A stretch of DNA of 64,000 bases from Burkholderiales bacterium (GTDB taxonomy: Bacteria; Pseudomonadota; Gammaproteobacteria; Burkholderiales; SG8-39), in the NCBI GenBank assembly GCA_035577785.1, contig DATLUZ010000052.1, positions 1,380-65,379 of the forward strand, in the 5' to 3' direction. Below are positions 10,868-18,999 of this stretch, in pieces (position 1 is the stretch's first letter; each line of letters starts with the position of its first letter). The notes beneath the pieces were generated by a model. The model did not search any database and had not been told where the DNA came from. It saw only the letters and a program-made list of their open reading frames with translations. The translations under genes and the position numbers were made by a program.

Positions 10868-11094
10868 AGCGAGACCTCGCCATCCCAGGCGGCGCGGTAG
10901 GCTGCCTCGAGGGCGACAATGCCGGTCCAGCAGCGGCCGCCGGCGTCGCGCGCATGAATGCCTGGCCGGCGCGACTCGACAAACTGCAGCCGCCCCGCGG
11001 TATCGCGATTGAGCAGCGGCTCGACCTTCGCGGCGCATTCGCGCGAACTGGCATCGTAGAAGACCACCACGGGATAGGAAATTGCCGACGGCAT
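10864..11094 (-). CDS. truncated DCC-family paralogue lacking the CxxC motif (pseudo-enzyme or decaying duplicate)
   Basis: 76 aa. YPVVVFYDASSRECAAKV aligns with YPLTVFYDASCPMCASEI of the next gene. IHARDAGGRCWTGIVALEAAYRAA aligns with MHARDAHGRWLAALDAIEAAYRAA. About 24 residues are missing in between and the first Cys of the CxxC is replaced. Confidence 0.5.
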   Translation of the reverse strand: MPSAISYPVVVFYDASSRECAAKVEPLLNRDTAGRLQFVESRRPGIHARDAGGRCWTGIVALEAAYRAAWDGEVSL

Positions 11095-11104
11095 GCGGGC
11101 TCGC

Positions 11105-11674
11105 TTAGGGCGACCTGCCGCCGATCAGGCCGCGGACCTTGGCGCCGAGCTTCACCAGGCGGCTGAGGGTGGTGGTTTCGAGAGCGAGCATCTCGTCGGT
11201 CCACTTCGAGAGCGTCTGCATCAGCGCGAGGGTGTCGCCTACGCGCTTCTGCGCCTGCGCGTCGAGCCGCGCGAAGCCGGGATCGTCGACGCAGCCCTGC
11301 AGGACATCGATAGTGGGGTCGAATTCGCGCGCCTTGCGCTCCCGCACGATGGTGCGCAGCAGCTCCCACGGATCCTTGGCGGTCTCGAAGTGATCGCGCC
11401 GGTCGCCTACGTGGTGCACCACCCGCACCAGCTTCAGGTTCTCCAGCTCGCGCAGGCTGTTGCTCACGTTGGAGCGGGCGACCTGCAGCAGGCCGGCGAT
11501 CTCTTCGGCGTGCAACGGGCGCCCGAGCAGGAAGAGCAGCGCGTGGATCTGCGACACGGTGCGGTTCACGCCCCAGCGCGAGCCCATCTCGCCCCAGTGC
11601 AGCACGAAGCGCCGGCCGACCGCGCCGAGCGCCTCGGCGAGCTTGTCCATCGGCAGCGGAGCGGTCTGCGCCAT
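11105..11674 (-). CDS. MarR-family (GbsR-like) transcriptional regulator
   Basis: Winged-helix block VSQIHALLFLLGRPLHAEEIAGLLQVARSNVSNSLRELENLKLVRVV. Divergent from the 11750 gene, with a palindrome in the shared intergenic region. Confidence 0.85.
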   Translation of the reverse strand: MAQTAPLPMDKLAEALGAVGRRFVLHWGEMGSRWGVNRTVSQIHALLFLLGRPLHAEEIAGLLQVARSNVSNSLRELENLKLVRVVHHVGDRRDHFETAKDPWELLRTIVRERKAREFDPTIDVLQGCVDDPGFARLDAQAQKRVGDTLALMQTLSKWTDEMLALETTTLSRLVKLGAKVRGLIGGRSP

Positions 11675-11683
11675 GAGGGATCC

Positions 11684-11713
11684 TTGACTCGCACGTTACT
11701 CCCGACATATATT
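11684..11713 (+). promoter_or_regulatory. candidate sigma70-type promoter for the SDR-desaturase/DCC operon
   Basis: TTGACT (11684-11689), 17-18 nt spacer, ATATAT/TATATT (11707-11713). Overlapped by the palindrome below. Confidence 0.5.
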
Positions 11714-11731
11714 TCTGTCAATACAGAAATA
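11710..11731. promoter_or_regulatory. perfect inverted repeat TATTTCTGT-caat-ACAGAAATA; candidate MarR operator
   Basis: 9-bp arms with a 4-bp spacer, read directly. Sits between marR (start 11674, minus) and the 11750 gene, over the putative -10 box. A further ACAGAA half-site follows at 11733-11738. Confidence 0.6.
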
Positions 11732-11749
11732 ACAGAACGGTGCAAAACG

Positions 11750-13477
11750 ATGACCACGACACTGGTTCTGGGGGGCGCGGGCTTCATCGGTCGGAATATC
11801 GCGGCGGCGCTCGCGGCACGCGGCCATGCGGTGATCGTCGGCACGCGCCGCCCCCACCGCGCGGCGCGGCGCCTGCCGGGGCGGCTGCACCGCTGCGAGC
11901 GGCGCGAGGTGCACCTCGAGCGCCTCGTTTCCCCCGTCACGTGGCAGCCGATCCTCCGTGGCGTCGATACCGTGGTCAACGCGGTCGGCATTCTGCGCGA
12001 GCGCGGCGGAGAAACCTACGACCGGGTGCACCACCTGGCACCCGCGGCCTTGGCCGCCGCCTGCGCGCCGGCGATGCTCCGCCTGATCCACGTCTCCGCC
12101 CTGGGCCTGCATCCGGGCGCGCGCAGCGGCTTTCTGACCTCGAAGCTCGCGGGTGAGCGTGCGGTGGCGGCGAGCGGAGCGGACTACAGCATCGTGCGGC
12201 CCTCGCTGCTCGACGGAGAAGGCGGCTACGGCGCGCTGTGGTTCCGGCGCGTTGCGCGCTGGCCGCTGCATCTCCTGCCCGCCGACGCGCGCGGCCGCAT
12301 CGACGCGCTCGACGTCGGCGAGCTCGGCGAGGCCATTGCGGTCTTGTGCGAGAAACGCGACGCGCGCGAGTGGCGCGAGGTCGAGCTCGGCGGCGGCGTA
12401 CCACGAAGCTTCGGTGAATATCTCGCCGCACTGCGGCCCGTGGCGTGGCGGCGCGCCCCGCGGATCGCGGTTCCGGCCTGGCTCGCCCGCCTCGCGAGCC
12501 ACGTCTTCGACCTGGTCCACTTCTCGCCGCTCTCGTTCGGCCACATCGAGCTCATGCGGCGCGACAACCTGCCGCATCCTAACCGTCTGCCGGAGCTCCT
12601 CGGACGCGAGCCGGCCCGCGTCGGCGCCGTCCCGGACGAGTCCAGGTCCTGCGACGGCTACGGCTGGCGCGCAGTGCTACGGAACGTGATTCCGTATTTC
12701 GTCCTGCTCGCGCTCGCGCCGCTCGTCCATGAATACCGGCCGGAGGCGCCGTGGCTGCTCGCCCCGCTGATCGGGCTCTTCGCGTACCGCATCACCATCG
12801 TGATGCACGACTGCATTCACCGCAGCCTGTTCACTACTGCCGCGCTCAATCACCGGGTCGGCACGCTCCTCGGGGGCGTTACGGGCATCGACTTCGCGAG
12901 CTTTTCGCGTCAGCACCTGTTGCATCACCGGCTCTACGGACGCGCGGGCGACCCGCAGGGGTTCCACTATCTCGGGCTGAAGGGCGCGACGCGAGCGTCC
13001 TTCGCCTGGCACCTGCTGCGGCCGCTCCTCGGGTGCAACCTGCGCTACGCGCTGGCCGAGAGCCTGGTGCGACCGCGCAACCTCGTCACCGCCGCGCGCA
13101 ATGGCGACCTCCCCGTCCTCGCCGCGATCCAGCTTACGATCCTGGCGCTCGTCACTGGCGCAGGCGCTCATTCTGAGCTCGTCGTCTTGCCGTTCGTATC
13201 GGCCGCCACCTTCGGCCTCTTCTTCAGCCAGCTGCGCGGCATCGCCGAGCATGCGGCAGAGGCCGGCGGCGCCATGGCCGGCAACGTGCGCTCGCATGCG
13301 CCGCATTGGCTCGATCGCCTGCTCCTCTACGATCTGAACTTCAACTATCACAGGGAGCACCACCTCTACCCTCACCTTCCGAGCCGCGATCTCGCCACCC
13401 TGCACACCCGCATGACCGGCGGCGCCCCGGCGGCATCGAACATGCTCTGCACCGTAAGGCGCGTATGGCGAAGCTGA
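11750..13477 (+). CDS. fusion ORF: N-terminal NAD(P)-binding SDR/NmrA-like domain + C-terminal membrane fatty-acid desaturase domain (575 aa)
   Basis: Rossmann motif LVLGGAGFIGRNI at the N-terminus. C-terminal half has TM segments and three His boxes (HDCIH, HLLHH, HREHH). There is no in-frame stop between the halves. The part of listed ORF 11093-13477 upstream of 11750 is antisense to marR. Confidence 0.8.
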   Translation: MTTTLVLGGAGFIGRNIAAALAARGHAVIVGTRRPHRAARRLPGRLHRCERREVHLERLVSPVTWQPILRGVDTVVNAVGILRERGGETYDRVHHLAPAALAAACAPAMLRLIHVSALGLHPGARSGFLTSKLAGERAVAASGADYSIVRPSLLDGEGGYGALWFRRVARWPLHLLPADARGRIDALDVGELGEAIAVLCEKRDAREWREVELGGGVPRSFGEYLAALRPVAWRRAPRIAVPAWLARLASHVFDLVHFSPLSFGHIELMRRDNLPHPNRLPELLGREPARVGAVPDESRSCDGYGWRAVLRNVIPYFVLLALAPLVHEYRPEAPWLLAPLIGLFAYRITIVMHDCIHRSLFTTAALNHRVGTLLGGVTGIDFASFSRQHLLHHRLYGRAGDPQGFHYLGLKGATRASFAWHLLRPLLGCNLRYALAESLVRPRNLVTAARNGDLPVLAAIQLTILALVTGAGAHSELVVLPFVSAATFGLFFSQLRGIAEHAAEAGGAMAGNVRSHAPHWLDRLLLYDLNFNYHREHHLYPHLPSRDLATLHTRMTGGAPAASNMLCTVRRVWRS

Positions 13478-13833
13478 AGGTCTTCTACAACAGCGCCTGT
13501 CCGGTGTGCGATGCCGGTATTCGCGGGCAGAGGGAGCGCATGGCCGGATGCGCGCTCGACATCCAGTGGATCGACATCCATAAGCAGCCGCAGGCGCTGG
13601 AGGAGATCGGTGCGCCGCAGGAATTCGTGCGCGAGCGCCTGCATGTCCTCGACGAGAACGGCGAGCTTCGCGTCGGCGCGGAAGCATTCCGCGCGCTATG
13701 GGCGCACACGCGCGGACAACGCTCTCTCGCCCGCCTGACCGGACTGCCGCTCGCGAACTGGCTTTCGCGCTGCGCCTATAACGCCTTCGCGGCGCTGCTT
13801 TACGCCTGGAATCGCGCTAATCGTCGCTGGTGA
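13465..13833 (+). CDS. thiol-disulfide oxidoreductase, DCC family (DUF393)
   Basis: MAKLKVFYNSACPVCDAG (CxxC in the DUF393 N-terminal context). Start overlaps the end of the desaturase fusion by 13 nt. Confidence 0.8.
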   Translation: MAKLKVFYNSACPVCDAGIRGQRERMAGCALDIQWIDIHKQPQALEEIGAPQEFVRERLHVLDENGELRVGAEAFRALWAHTRGQRSLARLTGLPLANWLSRCAYNAFAALLYAWNRANRRW

Positions 13834-14188
13834 GCTCGTCGAGCCGCCGGCGGTCGCGCTTGGTCGGCCGGCCCTTGATGTCGGCCGCGGGCTCGGCGCT
13901 CCAGCGGCGCAGCTCGATGCGCCGCTCGCGCTCGGCGCGGCTCTCCGGCGTCTCGTCGTAGAGCTTCTTCGCCTCGGCCGCCGGTCCGCGCCTGTCAGAC
14001 AGCGCCTTTACGATCACCTGCCACTGGTAATCCCCCACGCGGACGACGACGGCGTCCGACGGCTTCAAGGCATGGGAGCACTTGACCCGCTGCGCGTTCA
14101 GCGTGACACGTCCGGATTCGATTGCCTGCTGCGCCAGGCCGCGCGTCTTGAAGAAGCGCGCCGCCCAGAGCCACTTGTCCAGCCGCAA
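13817..14188 (-). CDS. hslR: ribosome-associated heat-shock protein Hsp15 (S4 RNA-binding domain)
   Basis: MRLDKWLWAARFFKTRGLAQQAIESGRVTLNAQRVK... is the typical Hsp15 N-terminus, followed by a basic C-terminal tail. Confidence 0.85.
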   Translation of the reverse strand: MRLDKWLWAARFFKTRGLAQQAIESGRVTLNAQRVKCSHALKPSDAVVVRVGDYQWQVIVKALSDRRGPAAEAKKLYDETPESRAERERRIELRRWSAEPAADIKGRPTKRDRRRLDELTSDD

Positions 14189-14189
14189 G

Positions 14190-14846
<657 letters not shown>

Positions 14847-14873
14847 GGCAGCTCCTCAAACTAGAATAACACC

Positions 14874-15866
14874 ATGAAAATCTGTGTCTACGGCGCCGGC
14901 GCGGTCGGAGGTTTGATCGCCAGCCGGCTCGCGCGTTCCGGCCACGAGGTGTCGGTGGTCGCGCGCGGGGCGCACCTCGAAGCGATCCGCGCGCGCGGCC
15001 TGCGGGTGCGCGATGGCGCCGCCGGCCCGGTCGAATCCCAGGCCCTGCGCGCCGAGGACGATCCCTCGCGCCTCGGCCCGCAGGACTACGTCGTCGTCGC
15101 AGTGAAAGCCCAAGGCCTCTGCGGGGTGGCCGAGCGGATCGCGCCATTGGTCGGCGCCGGGACCTCGATCATTACAGCGATGAACGGCGTGCCGTGGTGG
15201 TTCTTCGACCGCCTGCCCTTCGGCGGCGGGAAGCTCAGGCTCGAGACGCTCGATCCGGCCGGCAACCTGGCGCGGGCCATGCCGACCGAGCGCATCGTAG
15301 GCTGCGTGATCCACCTCGCCGCCTCGTTGCCGGAGCCCGGGCTCGTCAGCCACAACATGGGCCGCAAGCTCATCCTCGGCGAGCCCGGCGGCCGCAACGG
15401 CCTGCGGACCAAGAACATCGCCGACGCGCTGACCGCCGCCGGTTTCGAGGTCACCGTCAGCGACTTCATCGAAAAAGACTTCTGGGTCAAGCTCCTCGGC
15501 AACGTGAGCTTCAACCCGGTCTCGGCGCTGACGGTCAGCACCGCCGACAGCCTGATCGAGAACCGCGAGGTCAAGGCCTACATGGTCGCCATCATGCGCG
15601 AGGTTCTGGCGATCGGCCGCGCGGTCGGCGTCGACGCCGACATCGAGCCCGAGGCGCGCGTCGACATGGCGCGAGTCCTTGGCCGGTTCAAGACCTCGAT
15701 GCTGCAGGACCTCGAGGCGGGCAAGCCGCTCGAGATCGACGGGCTTCTCGCCGGCACGCTGGAGATCGCCGCCAAGGCCGGCGTCGCGGCGCCCTGCACG
15801 CAGACGCTCTTCGGGCTGGTCCGCGCGCGCGCCATCTCCACCGGTCAGTATCAACCGATGAGATGA
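14874..15866 (+). CDS. 2-dehydropantoate 2-reductase (ApbA/PanE family)
   Basis: MKICVYGAGAVGGLIASRL Rossmann start. C-terminal ketopantoate-reductase-like block (FKTSMLQDLEAGKPLEID). Confidence 0.85.
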   Translation: MKICVYGAGAVGGLIASRLARSGHEVSVVARGAHLEAIRARGLRVRDGAAGPVESQALRAEDDPSRLGPQDYVVVAVKAQGLCGVAERIAPLVGAGTSIITAMNGVPWWFFDRLPFGGGKLRLETLDPAGNLARAMPTERIVGCVIHLAASLPEPGLVSHNMGRKLILGEPGGRNGLRTKNIADALTAAGFEVTVSDFIEKDFWVKLLGNVSFNPVSALTVSTADSLIENREVKAYMVAIMREVLAIGRAVGVDADIEPEARVDMARVLGRFKTSMLQDLEAGKPLEIDGLLAGTLEIAAKAGVAAPCTQTLFGLVRARAISTGQYQPMR

Positions 15867-16516
15867 AAGCAGTCCTTTCGAAAATCGCCCTCCTGGTTAC
15901 GCTCAACCTGGTCTCCTCTTGGGTCAATGCGCAATACAGCGGCCCCGCGGTCGAGGCGTGCCGCGCCTATGCGCTGAAGGATCTGCAGCGCGGCGGCGGC
16001 AGCGCGGACTCGGTCGTGCTCGAGCGCGACGGGAGCCTCAGCCTCGAGCGTTACAGCGGCAAGGTCGGCAACCAGCCGGTGAGCTCGGTCCTAACCGGCA
16101 ACGGCGCGGTGGTCTACGAGGGCGCGCCGAGCGCCGAGCTCTCGTTCATCTGCCTGCTGGCGGACGAGAAGCGGCCGGTGTTCTTCTCATGGCAGGCACG
16201 GCCGAACGTTCCCGCGCTCGCGCAGTGCGGCCGCAGCCAGAGCCTGCGCGGAAAGGAGCAGGCCTGCCTCGAGCTGCTGCTGGTAACCGCCGAGCAGGAC
16301 CTCTCACAGGTCTACGCGTACCGCTTTCAGGAGGCAAACGAGCGCGGCGAGAAAAGCCTCGCTGCCTACCGCAAGGCGAACGACGAATGGCGCGAATACC
16401 GCGACGCCGAGTGCGCGCGGCGCCGAGAGGCGGCGGCGAAGGGCGCCTCGCCGGAGGACGTATACGCCGCGTGCATGGTCGAGCTCACGCGCCGCCGCGC
16501 GCTGGACATGAGATGA
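15863..16516 (+). CDS. exported protein with C-terminal DUF1311/LprI-like domain
   Basis: ATGA overlap with the preceding stop. Signal peptide MKAVLSKIALLVTLNLVSSWVNA. C-terminal Cys-containing helical block (LLLVTAEQDLSQVY...AYRKANDEWREYRDAECA...ACMVELTRRR). Confidence 0.65.
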   Translation: MKAVLSKIALLVTLNLVSSWVNAQYSGPAVEACRAYALKDLQRGGGSADSVVLERDGSLSLERYSGKVGNQPVSSVLTGNGAVVYEGAPSAELSFICLLADEKRPVFFSWQARPNVPALAQCGRSQSLRGKEQACLELLLVTAEQDLSQVYAYRFQEANERGEKSLAAYRKANDEWREYRDAECARRREAAAKGASPEDVYAACMVELTRRRALDMR

Positions 16517-16520
16517 CGGG

Positions 16521-18524
16521 GTGAGCCCCGAGCAGAAGGAGGAAGAACAGGCGCGGGGCCTCTTCTCCGATGCGCTCGAATGCCTCGCGCGCGAGGACTA
16601 CGCCGGCGCCGAAGCACGGCTGAGGCAGGCGCACCGGCTCGTCCCCGAGCGCGTTTCCGTGCTGACCAACCTTGCAGCGGCGCTGCTGCGGCAGGACCGG
16701 ACGGCCGAAGCGGCGCGGTACGCCGAGCGAGCGGTGGCGCTCGATCCCGCAAATGCGGACGGATGGCTCAACCTTGCCTTCTGCCATAAGCGCGCGGGAG
16801 CGCCCGTCGAGGCCCTCGCCTGCTGCGAGCGCAGCATCGCCGCGCGGCCGCAGCATCCGGACGGCTGGTCGAGCCGCGGCGCGGCACTGCTCGAGCTGCA
16901 GCGCCCCGAGGAAGCGCTAGAGAGCTGCGATCGTGCGATCGCGCTCCAGGCCGCCCACGCGGAGGCCTGGTCGAACCGCGGCCTGGCGCTCAACACACTG
17001 CAACGCTTCGACGAGGCCGTGGAAAGCCATCGTCACGCGACCGGGCTCGACCCTCGCTCGGCACAGGCATGGACGAACCTCGCCGTGACGCTCGGAGACC
17101 TCGGCCGCCATGACGAATCACTGACGTGCTACGAGAAGGCAATCGCCCTCGGATCGCCGCCCTTCGCGCTCGGCGACTGGCTGCGCACCAAGATGCAGGT
17201 CTGCGACTGGGCCGGTTTCGACGCGGCGTGCGATCGCACCCTCGCCGCGGTCGACGCCGGCGAGCGCGCCGCGAGCCCATTCGCGCTGCTCGCGATTCCT
17301 TCCTCGCCCGCCCAGCAGCGGCGCTGCGCGGAGACCTACATCGCGGAGCTCTTCCCCGCCCGTGCCTCGCCGGCGCCACGTCCCAGTCCTGCCGCCCGAC
17401 GAATCCGTCTGGGTTATTTCTCGCGCGATTTCCGCAACAACGCCCTGTCCTACCTGCTCGCGGGATTGTTCGAGCAACACCACCGCAGCCGATTCGAGCT
17501 GTTCGCCTTCTCGTTCGGCCCGCAGGTCATCGACGCCATGCGCACGCGCGTCGAAGCCGCTTTCGAGCACTTCCTGGACGTGAGCGAGAAAACCGATGAC
17601 CAGATCGCGCAGCTCGCACGCAACCTCGAGCTCGACATCGCCGTCGACCTGAAGGGCCTGAGCGGCTACGCGCGCACGGGCATCTTCGCGCGCAGGACGG
17701 CGCCGGTGCAGGTCAACTACATGGGCTACCCCGGAACGATGGGCGCGCCCTACATCGACTACCTGATCGCCGACCGGGTGGTCGTGCCGGAGGGCGAGCT
17801 TGGCCAGTACTCGGAATGCGTGGTCTGGCTGCCGCATACCTACTGGGCGAGCGATTCGAAAAGGCCGATCGCGCAGCGCACGCCGAGCCGTGCGGAGGCC
17901 GGCCTGCCGGAAAACGCCTTCGTGTTCTGCTGCTTCAACAACCCGGCCAAGATCACGCCCGACGCGCTCGACGTGTGGATGCGCCTGCTCGCGGCGGTCG
18001 AAGGCAGCGTCCTCTGGCTCCTCGATCATAACGCCGCGGCGACTCGCAATCTGCGCGCCGAAGCGCAGGCGCGCGGTATCGCGCCCACGCGCCTGGTATT
18101 CGCGCCGCAGCTCGAACCCTCGGCGCATCTCGCGCGCCACCGCGTAGCCGACCTGGTCCTGGACACGTTCTACTACAACGCGCACACCACGGCGGCCGAC
18201 GCCCTGTGGGCCGGCCTTCCGGTCCTCACCTGCCCGGGCGAGGCGTTCGCCAGCCGGGTCGGCGCGAGCCTTCTCCACGCCCTCGGCCTCCCCGAGCTCA
18301 TCGCAGCCTCACGCGGAGACTACGAGCGTCTCGCGCTTTCGCTCGCCACCGAGCCGGAACGCCTCGCGGCAATCCGAAGGAAGCTCAACGAGAACATCCC
18401 GACGCATCCCCTCTTCGACACCGCGCTCTTTGCGCGCCACATGGAAGCCGCCTACGCGACGATGCACGAACGCTCCCTCCAGGGGCTCCCGCCGCAGCGG
18501 TTTACCGTGCCCGACGCGGGATGA
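16521..18524 (+). CDS. TPR-repeat protein with C-terminal GT41 (O-GlcNAc transferase / SPINDLY-like) glycosyltransferase domain
   Basis: About 6 N-terminal TPR units (AWSNRGLALNTLQRFDEAVESHRHATGLDP etc.). C-terminal block typical of bacterial SPINDLY-family OGT homologues (IRLGYFSRDFRNNALSYLL, VNYMGYPGTMGAPYIDYLIAD, FCCFNNPAKITP, DTFYYNAHTTAADALWAGLPVLT). GTG start 4 nt after the previous stop. Confidence 0.85.
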   Translation: MSPEQKEEEQARGLFSDALECLAREDYAGAEARLRQAHRLVPERVSVLTNLAAALLRQDRTAEAARYAERAVALDPANADGWLNLAFCHKRAGAPVEALACCERSIAARPQHPDGWSSRGAALLELQRPEEALESCDRAIALQAAHAEAWSNRGLALNTLQRFDEAVESHRHATGLDPRSAQAWTNLAVTLGDLGRHDESLTCYEKAIALGSPPFALGDWLRTKMQVCDWAGFDAACDRTLAAVDAGERAASPFALLAIPSSPAQQRRCAETYIAELFPARASPAPRPSPAARRIRLGYFSRDFRNNALSYLLAGLFEQHHRSRFELFAFSFGPQVIDAMRTRVEAAFEHFLDVSEKTDDQIAQLARNLELDIAVDLKGLSGYARTGIFARRTAPVQVNYMGYPGTMGAPYIDYLIADRVVVPEGELGQYSECVVWLPHTYWASDSKRPIAQRTPSRAEAGLPENAFVFCCFNNPAKITPDALDVWMRLLAAVEGSVLWLLDHNAAATRNLRAEAQARGIAPTRLVFAPQLEPSAHLARHRVADLVLDTFYYNAHTTAADALWAGLPVLTCPGEAFASRVGASLLHALGLPELIAASRGDYERLALSLATEPERLAAIRRKLNENIPTHPLFDTALFARHMEAAYATMHERSLQGLPPQRFTVPDAG

Positions 18525-18693
18525 ATACCGCCGAACCGTCCTACCGGACCGATTTGCCAGCGCAGTTTGCGCCTGCCGCGGCCGCGGCGTAACGTACCGA
18601 CACGAAATTAATGGCGCAGCGGTCCCAAGGCAGGAAGAGATGTCACCTATTTCGTCATCTATTTTGTCATCTACTCCACGTCAGACGGCATAA

Positions 18694-18930
18694 ATGTTCG
18701 GCGCCCACTTTCTTGGCTACTGCTTCACGGCGACGGGAGTGCTACTACTCCTCTCGGCGCTGGCGTCATTTACTGCAGGCGGCGCTGGTGCTTGTCGTCG
18801 ACTGTGCTGGATCCACGATCTCACAGCGCGCTTCGTTAGCCCGGAAGCCGCAAATATCCTAAGCGGCAGCATCTGGCTAGCCTTGGCAGCCGCGTTCTTC
18901 GTCGCGGGATTCCATATGCGGTCTAGGTAA
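18694..18930 (+). CDS. small hypothetical membrane protein (78 aa, two hydrophobic segments)
   Basis: ATG ORF in the AT-richer stretch. Two predicted TM helices. No family recognised. The first copy of the 26-bp direct repeat begins 18 nt after its stop. Confidence 0.35.
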   Translation: MFGAHFLGYCFTATGVLLLLSALASFTAGGAGACRRLCWIHDLTARFVSPEAANILSGSIWLALAAAFFVAGFHMRSR

Positions 18931-18947
18931 GGGGACAAACATGCCGT

Positions 18948-18973
18948 CTAACAGCGCGTTGTTGTCCGACGCC
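18948..18973 (+). repeat. 26-bp direct repeat, copy 1 (CTAACAGCGCGTTGTTGTCCGACGCC)
   Basis: Identical to 20630-20655. Begins 18 nt after the stop of ORF 18694-18930 and ends 26 nt before the MBL start. Confidence 0.9.
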
Positions 18974-18999
18974 GTCAGAACTGGCCGGAAGGAGTAGCG

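Noticed and set aside
11093-11749. N-terminal 219-codon extension of the SDR-desaturase ORF
   Set aside because: It is antisense to the marR-family gene. The Rossmann motif begins right after ATG 11750, which also sits downstream of a good promoter and operator.
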